A DNA stretch of 64,000 nt from Marsupella aquatica (taxonomy: Eukaryota > Plantae > Marchantiophyta). Made by a program: the position numbers and the translations under genes. The stretch spans positions 17,404,058 through 17,468,057 of the forward strand of contig OZ316897.1 in NCBI GenBank assembly GCA_973895155.1, given 5' to 3'. Each line of letters starts with the position of its first letter. Position 1 is the stretch's first letter. The notes below the pieces were generated by a model. It was not told where the DNA came from, did no database searches, and saw only the letters and a program-made list of their open reading frames with translations. Positions 35,305-48,335 of the stretch are shown piece after piece.

Positions 35305-36850
35305 TTACTTCGAGATCATCTAGAGCCAACAATTGTGTAAGCTTTGGATACATATTTCTTGATAGTGAAACATCTTCACAGCGGTTTCCTTGGAAGCTTA
35401 GGGACCTTTATTTTGCCTAGAGATCATCTAGAGCCAACAATTGTGTAAGCTTTGGATACATATTTCTTGATAGTGAAACATCTTCACAGCGGTTTCCTTG
35501 GAAGCTTAGGGACCTTTATTTTGCCTCGAGATCATCTAGAGCCAACAATTGTGTAAACTTTGGATACATATTTCTTGAGAGTGAAGCATCTTCACAACCG
35601 TTTCCTTGGAAGTTTAGAGGCCTTTATTTTACCTCGAGATCATCTAGAGCCAACAATTGTGTAAGCTTTGGATACATATTTCTTGACAGTGAAGCATCTT
35701 CACAACCATTTCCTTGGAAGTTTAGAGACCATTATTTTACCTCGAGATCATCTAGAGCCAACAATTGTGTAAGCTTTGGATACATATTTCTTGATAGTGA
35801 AGCATCTTCAGAGCAGTTTCCTTGGAAATTTAGTGGCCTTGATTTTACCTCGAGATGATCTAGAGCCAACAATTGTGTAAGCTTTTCATTGGGTCTCTTG
35901 ATGATTAGAAATTGCTACAATGATTTTTTGAGGCAATTACAAGTCTCAATTTTCCCTCAAGATCAACTATAGCTAACAACTTATTTTACATTTGTGTAAG
36001 GATTTAGTGATAGTTGAGAATCTTTAGAATGATTTCCTTGGTTATTGAGGATCACTATTTCCTCAAGATCATCTAGAGCCAACAATTGTTGTCTCTTTGG
36101 GTAGGTACTTTTGTGAGGAGAAGAGGTTCGTTGGTCATTGATGGAGAGTTAAGGTTGCCTCTAGGATGGTGCAATTTTGGAGTTGACGTTGCCTTTGGGA
36201 TGGTGCAATTTTGGCTAGTGATAGTGATAGTTGTATTTGAAAACTAGCGAGACGTGGAGCCGTAGAGCCCCAAATATTTGGTCCAGCCACTGCACCCACT
36301 AGTATCGATGTTGATGGCCAACACTACGTAAGGAGTATATGGAAACTAGGAAGATTTGGAGCTCCAAATTTGGTGCATAGCTTCAAGTAGAGTTCACCCA
36401 TCCCATTGCTATTCCTTCTCCCACACATGTACGTATTTCTTGATAGTGAAGCATCTTCACAACCATTTCCTTGGAAGCTTAGAGGCCTTTATTTTACCTC
36501 GAGATCATCTAGAGCCAACAATTGTGTAAGCTTTGGATATATATTTCTTGAGAGTGAAGCATCTTTAGAGCAGTTTCCTTGGAAATTTAGGGGCCTTGAG
36601 TTTACCTCAAGATCATCTAGAGCCAACAATTGTGTAAGCTTTTCATTGGGGTCTCTTGATGATTTTTGAGAAATTGCTATATAATGATTTTTTGAGGCAA
36701 TCACAAGTCTCAATTTTCCTTCAAGATCAACTATAGCTAACAACTTATTTTACATTTGTGTAAGGGTTTAGTGATAGTTGAGAATCTTTAGAATGATTTC
36801 CTTGGTTATTGAGGATCACTATTTTACCTCAAGATCATCTAGAGCCAACA
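35305..36850. repeat. ~108-bp tandem array with core CTCGAGATCATCTAGAGCCAACAATTG; part of a ~770-bp segmental duplication (~35660-36425 / ~36430-37190)
   Basis: Repeated unit visible at 35309, 35417, 35525, 35633, 35741, 35849 and again from ~36498. Confidence 0.9.
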
Positions 36851-37314
36851 ACTGTTGTCTCTTTGGGTAGGTACTTTTGTGAGGAAAAGAGGGTTGTTGG
36901 TCATTGCTGGAGAATTAAGGTTGCCTCTAGGATGGTGCAGTTTTGGAGTTAAGGTTGCCTTGGGGATGGTGCAATTTTTACCAGCAATAGTGACAGTAAT
37001 ATTATTTTAAAAACTAGCACAATGTGGAGCTCCAAATATTTGGTTTAGCTGCTGCACCCACTACTATTGACGTTGATGGCCAACACTATATGAGGAGTAT
37101 ATGGAAACTAGCAAAATTTGGAGCGCCAAATTTGGTGCATAGCTTCAAGTGAGAGGTCACCCATCCCATTGTTATTTTTTCTCCCACATGTTTAACTAGA
37201 TAGTTCTCATGTGAAGCATTGTACATGCATTTTTTTTCCATATTTGATGTGTAGAAAATAACTACATAGGGGTTTTATGCACTTCTGAATTCATCTAGAG
37301 TCTCAGTTTAAACT

Positions 37315-37600
37315 CGTTCTTGATGGATTCTTGAGTAATTTGATATTGGATTCTTGTGTGGCCTATTATGAAGGCTCTAGTAAAATGTTCTTGATGGATT
37401 CTTGAGTAATTTGATATTGGATTCTTGTGTGGCCTATTATGAAGGCTCTAGTAAAATTGTTCTTGATGGATTCTTGAGTAATTTGATATTGGATTCTTAT
37501 GTGGCCTATTATGAAGGCTTTAGTAAAATTGTTCTTGATGGATTCTTGTGTGACCTATTATGAAGGCTCCAGTAAAATCATTCTTGATGGATTCTTGTGT
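37315..37600. repeat. ~71-bp tandem repeat (GTTCTTGATGGATTCTTG...GAAGGCTCTAGTAAAAT), ~4 copies
   Basis: Direct inspection. Confidence 0.9.
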
Positions 37601-38386
37601 AGAATTGCTTTTAGTGTGGAGAGTTCCAAGCAACTAGAATAACATGAATTTAGAACCCTATTAATGATCAAAGCATAAGATTAGGGTAGAGATTGTATCC
37701 AAGCTTATATCTTAATTATTAGACTAGATGAATGTTTTATTTATTATCCAACACATTTTATATTTCTATCACCCAAATGTTTTTCTATAGAATCCAAATT
37801 AATATTTATTTTTCCCCAAGGTACAATCTTGATTCCCCAAATGTACATTAAATGGTGCCCAAATGTACAACTTTCACTACCCAAATGTACAATTCTTGTG
37901 CCCAAAAATATATATTTTAGTGCCCAAATGTCCAAAGATCAAAGAATTATCTAGTTTTAATGAATAGAGTGATCTCCATAGCTTGTGAAAAAACCTGAAT
38001 GCCTCCTTCACTTGTCACGTCGCACTCGGTCACAACTCGGCAGCATTCCAACTACCGAAATGACCAGATCGCTTCAACCTTCAACTTGAGCTATAATGTG
38101 CGATCCCTCCCGCACCGCATAGCTCACACTGTTGAAAAATGCAAATTCTAGTCTCTCCCCCAAAAAGCCATCGAACACAAATAAAACCTGAATGACGCAA
38201 ACTTTGATTCCTTCGCACCACGGATACCGATCAGCGAGTTCTAATCACCGATAGAAAGCCCTCTCACTAACCTATCCGCTCAGCCACACACATTCGAGTT
38301 TCATGCGACAAAACTCCGAATGTATCACCGACACTAAACACTGGAAAAAAACCCATCACAAAAAAACCTTGTCATCTCCCAGGCAT

Positions 38387-38398
38387 GCTCTGATACCA
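38387..38398 (-). promoter_or_regulatory. Primer binding site (tRNA-iMet) of LTR copy B
   Basis: Minus strand TGGTATCAGAGC adjacent to the LTR. Confidence 0.9.
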
Positions 38399-38400
38399 TT

Positions 38401-38744
38401 TGTTGAGCATAGACGATATTCGCAACGGCAAGTCCATGAACCATCCAACGTAGAAGAGTCGACACAGAGAGATACGTGATTCACCTCCACATGAGGCTAC
38501 GTCCACGGGAACACACAAGAGCTTTACTGCACTCTGACCGGCCATACCAAACATCCACAGTACAAGCTCTTCCTATCTCTCAACTAGCTCCATAACAATG
38601 AGCCTAAGTTCCACCCAGGGTCTGGCATCAACCTTGGCTATATATATGCACAACAACACTACCGCTAACATTAGCTAAGTCCTGACCCAAGTTAGACTAA
38701 CTGTGGTGAGCTCATGAGTCACAAGACTAGAGCAATATCTAACA
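38401..38744 (-). mobile_element. LTR (copy B), 344 bp
   Basis: TGTT...AACA termini, adjacent PBS, homologous to the solo LTR at 55228. Confidence 0.9.
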
Positions 38745-41700
38745 AAGTAGACAAATGGCAATATAAAAGTATGTCATGTGTACTCTTCCCAATTTGTTTT
38801 TGTTTAATACAATGTTGTATATATAATTTTTTTTTCAACCCCGGGTACCCAACTACATTTTTTTAAGGCAAGCTCATAATTCTTTATAATGACCTTATGT
38901 CCAATTGACTATGTTATATTTTAGTTTAGTCTACTAAACTCTTGTACCTCTCAACTCAAGAATCCAAAAAATGTAAGCAACTTTAAAAAGAAAAAAAAAG
39001 TAACTAACTTATTTTGATGTAAACAAACTTGATAAAGCCAAATTTTTTATGGTTCTTTCAAGGGTTCTTTAATACAAGGGTCTACAACTTAGGAACCATT
39101 TTTACTTAGGAACCATTTTCACCATTTAGCAGAAAGCCCAACAGCGGAAACAGCTTCTTTGGAAGTATCTGCATTACTAGACTGCAGATGAAACAAACAT
39201 AGGATCAAGAGATCTCTTGGATTGCTTGTTATTTCTATGAAGCATAGACTAAATAGTCACAGGCTCCGAGAGTGAAAGTAGTTAGACAAACCTACTCAGA
39301 TATCACCTAGCCACCCTTGCTAAGTGAAAAGAGTACGTTCCTCCTACCCAAAGTCATCGAGGTTCCCCAACAATCTACATCTTCATCCACAATAATACCC
39401 AAACTTTTCTATCCGCAATATTGCATATGTACTACATGTAACTTACGGCAAGAATTAAATATTCTTGCCCGGATTAGCATAAGTTTCACTCTGATCATGT
39501 TATTGGTTCATACTTATATGACAATATGAAAGTAGAATAAAAATCTTCCTATTTCAAAGAAGTTGGACCACCCCATGATCATTAACCTATCCTATATATA
39601 TTAGTGTCATGAGTATGTGAGCTGAACAAGCAAATTCAAGTACAGTCTATGATTCAAGGACAAACTCACAATATTGAGAAGAAAGCTAGAGATACACAAA
39701 AGATATGCCTAATGTACAAATAGTTCCTTGAAACAAATGTATTGCAAGGTAATAAGGCAAAACTTATCAAGTCCCCTGGTTGGAATATCGATCACCTTCA
39801 TCCTACCTTATGTGTTCAGTGACATTTACAACTTCACCTACATTATGTGGGACATTCACCTAGTTTGAGGTCGGTGTTCTTAAATCCTGCTAACAAAAGA
39901 GACAATCCTAGAAATTTTATATTTTCCCCTAGTAACAAGTTAAATTGCTAATAAAATCTCAAATGGAAGCTTGTAGACTTATCTACAAACACTAGGACTA
40001 GCCATAAATTTTTAACCAGAGCTCCATTGTTGGGCTATAAATTAGTGCCAATGAGTCCTAAATGGGTAATGGTGTTGAAACTTCTATAGCAACAGCAAAA
40101 TAAGTGTTTGTTTGTACTGTTACCAAGGAGGTTGTGTGGTAGAAGGGATGGAGCTGAAGCAGGAGACACACGTACCACTAAACATTGGACAATCAGCTAG
40201 AGTGCAATCAAACTGATCAAAAATTCACTTTGTCACTGGCTCAAGTAATCCAAAAACATAACTTAAAAAGAAAACATATTTTGATGTAAAAAAAACTTGA
40301 TCAGAGCCAAATTTTGTGGTTTTTTAATACAGGGGTCTACAACCAAATTATCCAGCATTTTAGAATTTTAGAATTTTATGTGAAAAAAGAAGAAAACCAA
40401 ACCTTTTATATGACCCTGACTATTTCTAAAAGTAGAAAACCGAAGGTTTTTCAAATATTTAATTTTTCATATAGCCAGTTTTTTAGTCCATATGAAAATA
40501 TAGACCTCTGCTTATTATACAAAATTTATTTACCCTGGATTCCAACAGGGCCACTCAGGTTGGACAACCAAGCCACCTACATATAAAAAAATGCTACTAC
40601 TTGTCAAAAGCACCATGGAAGAGAGGGAGATCAAGCTGGACTCACCAAGCCGGGGACCAAGCAGCCCCGAAGAAGCATCCTGGCCATCGAGTGAGCCAGA
40701 TAGTAAACTGCATCTGGTCAAAATGATGTTAGAAAACCCAACGATAATTATAGGTCGCTGTCATTTGGCCCCTGTATATCCCTCCAAAGGTTCTTCAATA
40801 TATGTAGCTAGTAGTACTGAAAGCTAAAGCGGTGACTCCTGCACTCCTGTGAATTGATTCCAAGATGTAGTTGATTCCGAGATGTAGTGGCATGTGGTGT
40901 GTAGTCCCTCGTAGAACTGCACTAAGTGCCCATTTGATCTACGTACTGATGTGGTTAGCTGTTCCTAATTTTTCTGATTAATGTGAGTTTACCTTTTTAA
41001 AACTATTCCTTTTTAAATCAAGTTAAGTTCCCTTTCGATCACTTGATCACATCAAGTTAGCTAGACATACGCAACAACAGATACCTGAACGAATCATTAG
41101 CTAAGACAAAGGAAGAATTAACAGAATAACCTCATTGTCTATCCTGCAAATATGTATAGACGGTGCTCCATAAACTTGGATCTGTAGCTGAAGGCCTAAA
41201 GGAAGTTTCAGCCTTGTCTAATGCACAAAAATGTTGATTTCGAGATGTAGTGCCGGCCTTATTACAGATCTAGTGCAGTACCCCAAGGAGGACCCCTTAA
41301 TTCATTAAGTTCCAAATCAAAATTCGTGCAGCCGATTATGCATGACTGTGCTGTTAAGCACAGGTTGTAGTGATTTCATTTACTGGGTTTAGAATTTATC
41401 ATAAAAAATATTCTTCATTGTTTGTTAGAGATATTATGGAATTAGGCCAGAATGTAAAGAACCAATGGAGGTAACATGGCATCTGGAGACAACGTAAAAC
41501 CAATGTAATGTTTTTTGTTTCCTGAATTTCCAATAGTACGTTAATTCTCTTTTTATCTATATATATTCAGAAATTTGGGTTCATCTGTTTTAATTTATCG
41601 ATGTTGACAGTCCCCAGAAAACAATGACTTAATTTTGAGACTATTGGGGCAGATTAGATGGAGACACTAAAAAATACTGGAGGTGATTTGTGGGAGATAT

Positions 41701-43826
41701 GCAAGGGTGGTTGTGGCCTTCATTGTATGCAGTCTACGTACAACAAAAGTAGTGATTCTTGGACTGCCCACATGTGGTATGCATGAAAGTAATGCAGACA
41801 AATTATATATCAGAAGATTTCTACCGAGATCTGAGCTTAGCTAGCTTGTGCTGCTAACATGTACTCTCTTGGCTGTCCAGGCGTCACAAGCCGGCTCATG
41901 ATGCCAATGTATTTAGCAGTACTTTCAGGAGTTTTGGATAAGTGGCTAATTACAGCTGATGACCATTCTCACTAATCAACTCTAATAAGATCCTTCAATA
42001 TCCCTGACCCTATTATAGGATTTTGAGGCCTGTGCCCTGAGGAGGATGACCTAGAAGATATCCAAGATATCTCACTTGTGAATAGAGTAATGAACGTTTT
42101 GCTGAGTTCTAGAAGTAAGAAAAGTATAGTCTGAAGTACTCAAAGCTACTAAATCAGTGTAATGTTAGTCATTCTACAGGGATAAATAACGTGTTTTCAT
42201 AGTAATCTGAAGACAGTGACCAGAATATTAGCAAATCCATAACAAAAGAAGAAAACATCGAGAATTCCTATATTTGTTATATTGGACTGCATTTTTTGGT
42301 AGTTTACTTGAATCGATGTTTATGTTAATTTTTCAGATCGAAGTTCTTGGGGATGTTCGGCGATCTTGAAGATGCAAAAACGTTTCCTTCATTTCCCTAC
42401 CAGTATTTAATTCCTTTCATGACCTAGATGATGCTTAATTCCATTATTTCAGTAAGCATTAATTCTCGAACACATCTTTCATATATCTTTCTCGATATGT
42501 TGTAATTAATGCTAGTTATTTCATTCGAAAAGAAACGCTTGCAGGACGGTAAGCTAATAAATATAGTGGTACTCATTTGTGTAGATGGTATCAGATGGTA
42601 TGAAGACGGTATCAGAAGCAACTTCAGTCTGAGTGGGAGCCAAGTTAGCCTCAAAGAACGTCACATGCACGTACCCAGAAAAATGAACCACTACCAGCTG
42701 GCTGCAAGCTGTTTTGGGAAGAGAAAAAATCCAACTAAGCTTTTTATTAGTTTTTTTGAGTTGTCTGATTATAGCTAGCCTAGAGTTATTTATTAGGCAC
42801 ATATATCATAGCAGCGCACGCGCATGACATTTTGAGAACACTGGAGCCTCGAAAGAATGAGTCAAGACACTGCTGTATAATTATGTAACTCCTTACTTCC
42901 AATCGAAAGAATTACTCAGAACCTGCTTATTAAGCTTTCTAGTGATCCGTCTCCGGCTCTCCCAACCCAGATATGGACCAAAGGCCCTAAAATCTTGCCC
43001 TGGTCTTGTCATTTATAAGCCCCAGCCTACTGGTGCGAAATGTAATATTGATCTATGGCTTGAAAACTAAAGAGTTATATATATTATTATGCATCATGCT
43101 GCAAGCGGGTTAGTTTCTGCAGAAAACAAAGTGAACAAGAAGTCCGATCTGTAATTCCTTTGGAAGAGAGGTGAAGTTTCGATCATTTGAGAGGGCCGGA
43201 CGAACTACTCAATTTACCTGCAAACATTATCAACACCAACATCACACGACCTGTGTAGTACGTATTTCCAGTATCATCTAGCTACTATTTTGGCAATCCT
43301 TCAGATCGAGTAGCTTGCTTTAATTGGGTGCTGGACTCTGACCAATGCGTTTCATGCTGTGTTATATATACTATGCAGTCTATGCTTTGCGAGGTAAGTG
43401 TGCTTAGCGCGCACTCCAGTCTGTCTTGTTAGTAGCCTCACACCATTTGATTACATATTAATTTTACAACACTAGAAGCTACAATCAAATTAATGTAGAT
43501 TACTTTCAAATTGTTTGAGATTTTACAAATCAGTCCATCAGATGTTTACCAGATGAACTTCCATCATCAGATGGAATTCAAATGACAGTAACAAACTGAA
43601 GGAAATAATAAAACCTCTATGTATGGCCGCATGTTCGACCCAAATCTAAAATATATATATATATATACACGAGGGCAACAAGCACAGAGTTAATATCTCC
43701 TAAGACCCAACTAATATCCATCATTGTCTCTAACCAGTACTTCATGCAGTCTCTAAGCCCCAATTCCGAACCTCAGTGTCACTAGAATCTTGCTATAACA
43801 AGCTCAACGTCCACAACGTTTCTGGA

Positions 43827-46379
43827 TCACTCAGAAACAACAACGATGTCTCTTCCTGTTGCACCATAGTAGCAATTACAGGAGTTGCTGCGTGAGGAGG
43901 AAGGACGAGTCCTTGAATCTTTTGCCAACATAGTACCTAAACGAGCTGCTGGAAAATACGAGCTGCTACGTGAGGAAGTACGAGTCCTTTCACTTTTTGC
44001 CGCCACAGTAAGTACCAATAGGAGTTGCTGGACAATGGGAGCTGGTGCTTGATGAACATGGAGTCATTTCAGGTTTTGCCTCCACAGAAGCAGCAGAAGC
44101 TGCTTGGCAATAGGAGCTGCTGCTTGAGGAAGATCCAGTCCTTTCAGGTTTTTCCGCCACAGTACCAAGACGAGCTGCTGGGCAATTAATAGGAGCTGCT
44201 GCGTGAGGAAGAGCCAGTCCTTGAATCTTTTGCCGACATTCCACCCATAGGAGCTGCTGGACAATAGGAGCTGCTGCGTGAGGAAGAGTGAGTCCTTTCA
44301 GGTTCTGCCACCACAGTACTAGCAGGAGCTGCTGGGCAATAGGAGCTGCTGCGTGAGGAAGAGCCAGTCCTTTCAGGTTCTGCGACCACAGTACTACCAG
44401 GAGCTGCTGGGCTATAGGAGCTGTTGCTTGAGGAAGAGCGAGTCCTTGATTCTCTTGGAGCTGCTGGGCAATAGGAGCTGTTGCGTGAGGAAGATCCAGT
44501 CCTTTCAGGTTCTGCCGCCACAGTACCAAGACGAGTTGCTGGGCAATAGGAGCTGCCGCGTGATGAAGAGCCAGTCCTTGAATCTTTTGCCGACATTCCA
44601 CCTATAGGAACTGCTGGACAATAGGAGCTGCTGCGTGAGGAAGAGCGAGTCCTTTCAGGTTCTGTCACCACCTGCACAGTACCAGCAGGAGCTGCTGGGC
44701 AATAGGAGCTGTTGCTTGAGAAAGAGCGAGTCCTTGAATCTCTTGGAGCTGCTGGGCAATAGGAGCTGCTGCGTGAGGAAGAGCGAGTCCTTGAATCTCT
44801 TGGAGCTGCTGGGCAATAGGAGCTGCTGCGTGAGGAAGAGCGAGTCCTTTCAGGTTCTGCTGCCACAGTACCAAGACGAGTTGCTGGGCAGTAGGAGCTG
44901 CTACGTGAGGAAGAGCGAGTCCTTGAATCTCTTGGAGCTGCTGGGCAATAGGAGCTGCTGCGTGAGGAAGAGCGAGTCCTTGAATCTCTTGGAGCTGCTG
45001 GGCAATAGGAGCTGTTGCGTGAGGAAGAGCGAGTCCTTTCAGGTTCTGCCGCCACAGTACCAAGACGAGCTGCTGGGCAATAGGAGCTGCTGCGTGAGGA
45101 AGAGCGAGTCCTTTCAGGTTCTGTCACCACAGTACCAGCAGGAGCTGCTGGGCTATAGGAGCTGTTGCTTGAGGAAGAGCGAGTACTTGAATCTCTTGGA
45201 GCTGCTGGGAAATAGGAGCTGCTGCTACGTGAGGAAGAGCGAGTCCTTTCAGGTTCTGCCACCACAGTACTAGCAGGAGCTGCTGGGCAATAGGAGCTGT
45301 TGCTTGAGGAAGAGCAAGTCCTTGAATCTTTTGCCCTCATTCCACCTATAGGAGCTGCTGGACAATAGGAGCTGCTGCGTGAGGAAGAGTGAATCCTTTC
45401 AGGTTCTGCCACCACAGTACCAGCAGGAGCTGGAGCTGCTGGGCAAGAGGAGCTGCTGCTTGAGGAAGAGCGAGTCCTTTCAGGTTCTGCCGCCACGGTA
45501 CCAATAGAAGCTGCTGGACAATTGGAGTCGCTGCTTGAGGAAGTGCGAGTCCTTCCACGTCTTGCCGCCATGGTACGAATAGGAGCTCCTGGGCAATAGG
45601 AGCTGCTGCGTGAGGAATAGCGAGTCCTTTCCTTTCAGGTTCTGCCACCACGGTACTAGCAGGAGCTGCTGGGCAATAGGAGCTGCTCTTAAGGAAGAGC
45701 GAGACCTTTGAGGTTCTGCCGCCACAATACCAATAGGAGCTGCTGGGCAATAGGAGCTGCTGCGTGAGGAAGAGTGAGTCCTTGAAAGATAGCTGCTGCC
45801 AGAACAACTCTCCACATAGCTCGGGAGGTATCTGTTAGATTTGCTGTCATTACTGTTGCGAGTATCTGAGAAGTACAGATCCTTAGACGAGGAGCAGACC
45901 CCAAACAGATGATTCCCCTTCCGCCTCTTAGGAGCATTCGTCAATTCCTACCACTCGTCGTTACTGGTCAAGTAAGGGGCAGAATTGTCTGCTTCGAAGC
46001 TGGAGAATGAGTTCTCATCCGTTGAGGAGAAGGAAAAGTATTCTGTACAGTCCACACTTTCATCAGTGGTGGACTGTGGCGAACAGTCCACGACAGATCT
46101 GGAGTAGTAGGTCCTATCTGAGTATTTAAATGTGCACTAGAGGCTCTCATCCGTGGAACTGTAGTCCGACCTGGAAATGACATAGGTGTCAGAAAACTCA
46201 TCTGCACTGCCCCCAGAAGCCGTGTAACTGTCCAAATCTGTGTCGGAAATGGAATCGCCGGAAGTCTCTGGAAAAGGATCTGTGCTGCTTCCAGAGTTGG
46301 TGTGACTTTCCTTCTCGTAAGAATCTGCGTCATTGCTTTCAGAGCTGGTGTCTCTCCGAATGGTAAGAATCTGTGCCAT
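43827..46379 (-). pseudogene. Ser/Arg-rich repetitive protein pseudogene (acidic Ser-rich N-terminus + ~25-aa/17-aa repeats PERTRSSSRSSSYCPAAPAGTVVAE)
   Basis: ORFs 46137-46523 and 45480-45944 share a frame separated by stops. The repeat continues in a shifted frame (44186-45571) and decays to 43827. Confidence 0.5.
43860..45790. repeat. Minisatellite of 75-bp/51-bp units (GGAGCTGCTGGGCAATAGGAGCTGCTGCGTGAGGAAGAGCGAGTCC...)
   Basis: More than 20 visible copies. Confidence 0.95.
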
Positions 46380-47677
46380 TGAAAGAGCCACTCGTAGGTT
46401 CAGGGCCGCCTTTGCCACAACTGCTGGAGGAGAATCGGCGCTGACAATCCATCGTGAGATCGGAGGAAGGAGAAGCTCAAAGACGCAGTAGGATGTACTT
46501 GGGCACGAAAGCAAAATCAACACGAGAAATGGATGTCGGATCGAATGAATGAACTTGACAGTGAATGTTTGTCCTTAAATGCTGTCTATAGAAAGAACTA
46601 GATCACTAGTCAGTTCAATGTTCAACCCCAAGCTGACAGGAAAGTTCCGGTTCGTCGTTGCATCCCGACAACAACAAAACCTACACATACGTGTATGATC
46701 CAGTTTTATCAGTTTGAACAGACTATTGACCATGTTAATTTTCTAGGGCACTGTCAATTGGCAGTTCCAACCGGAACTCCTTTCACTATCTGCGTCAGGT
46801 GTTTGGTTCGTCAGGTGTTTGGTTCTGAAGAATCAGCACTTCGTAAGCCTTTCTTAATCCTTTCTTACATCATAACCTTCCATCACAAGCCGCATTCCTA
46901 GAAGTTTGGCATCGACGATTTGACATTCAAGAATCAGGGGGTCGTTTTCACAAATTTGGCATCCCAAATCTGGTAGCGAAAGAAACTTGAGAGCGGTGTT
47001 AGACATTTTCTAGTGAACTTCGGTAATGCAATCAAGTGTTGGGCCATCCATTAAGAATTTTAATGGCGGACAATTTTTCCAACCGTTGCTATTTCGGGCG
47101 TTACCCACAACAGCCAAGAACTGCTCTTTGACATGGGCTACTAATTCCTATAGGCCCGTTTCCTATCTTGGGGAATAAACGAAATTCGGAGCATTTCGCC
47201 CAGGGGCATGACTTATTTTGCCTCCCGGTTCCACTTTGGTCACACTGTTGGCTTCCAGTATGGTGAAAGGCGACCGCACCATAAGGTAACCCCTGCTCAA
47301 AACCTTGCAGCAGTCACAACATCACCTCCAGAAGACTTGAAATTAAAACAGATTGCATGAGAACTTCACTTAGACAGCTACCTATAAAATTAATTCATTC
47401 GCCAACTTTGCAATTGCGGACTGCTACTAAGAGCTGCCCAGTTCGAATATTTATGCCTGCAGTGGTCAGCTCTATGTACAAGACAGCAGACGATTACTAC
47501 TGAGGACCTGATCATCAAATCAAAGACTCTGATCGAACCATTGAAGATTTGAATTACGAAACACTCAGGAGACTGGCAGAACGCTATTATCAGGGCTTGT
47601 GACGAGTTTCATTATCTGCAACCCAACTGAAATGACATGATCGTGTCTAACTCAATAAATTATCATACAAGGTAACA

Positions 47678-48335
47678 TCATTGGCTGCCAGGAGCCTCAA
47701 AATCATTGATGGGTGGCACAAATGTGCAGCAAAAGGATTCCTTGTCTTTGAGAACCAACGAAGTTCCATCCGGATTCCACTTCAAGTCATTGGCAGCAAA
47801 ATTAGGGAGTGGTATATTCACACAACAGGCCCCAGCTGGTGTCCACATGTACAAACTTGAACTCCCAGTGCAAAATGCAAGACGTGTCTGCATTGGATCC
47901 CATGCTGCTGCACGAATTGTCTTCTTTTGTGTGAGAATGGCCACCAACTCCAGGTGAGCAACATCCCAAATCCAGAGAGCATTTGCCATGTTATCATTAC
48001 GTGTAAGGATGAAACAACTGTCTGGGCTCCAGGAAAGTAAACCTGATTATACGAAGATCCGATACAACATTTCAAGACTTAGAATAACCATCGTAACAAT
48101 AATATATCAGCTCAAGAAACTATCGAGAAGCTTATCCAAAAATTTCACGCGACTACAGTAATCTTGCTTCTACCCGCATTGAGAATGTTAACTAAGAATC
48201 CCAACAGGTGAGCAAATGAGAACACGTGAGGAATGCAAAGCTTACCAAGGCCTTGCTTTGGGATTGGGCTTATTGGGGTGGGGCTTTTCAGATTTCATTG
48301 TCACTGCTGAGAAGTCAACGACCTCATGTGTTCTG
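47678..48335 (-). pseudogene. WRAP73: WRAP73/WDR8-like WD40 protein, last two exons only, with frameshift
   Basis: Exon 48042-47678: GLLSWSPDSCFILTRNDNMANALWIWD...AAAWDP..RLAFCTGSSSLYMWTPAGACCV.IP...LKWNPDG..LVLKDKESFCC. Upstream exon KPHPNKPNP-(extra A)-KQGLG is out of frame by 1 nt. No earlier exons recognised. Confidence 0.75.

Larger units (their letters stand above)
30104..37971. mobile_element. Non-autonomous TIR element (~7.9 kb) filled with tandem arrays, inserted in LTR-element copy B
   Basis: TIR CACTCTATTCATTAAAACT / AGTTTTAATGAATAGAGTG. Flanks AGCTCCAT / ATCTCCAT. Empty site GAGCTCCATAGC seen at ~11624-11635. No transposase ORF. Confidence 0.85.

Noticed and set aside
29096-38744. 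A single intact LTR retrotransposon bounded by the two LTRs
   Set aside because: Both LTRs are followed by a PBS, no polypurine tract precedes the 29096 LTR, no gag-pol is present and no matching TSD was found.
44353-45273. Plus-strand ORFs (RKSES...ELLGNRSCC)
   Set aside because: Antisense shadows of the minisatellite with no unique flanking coding sequence.
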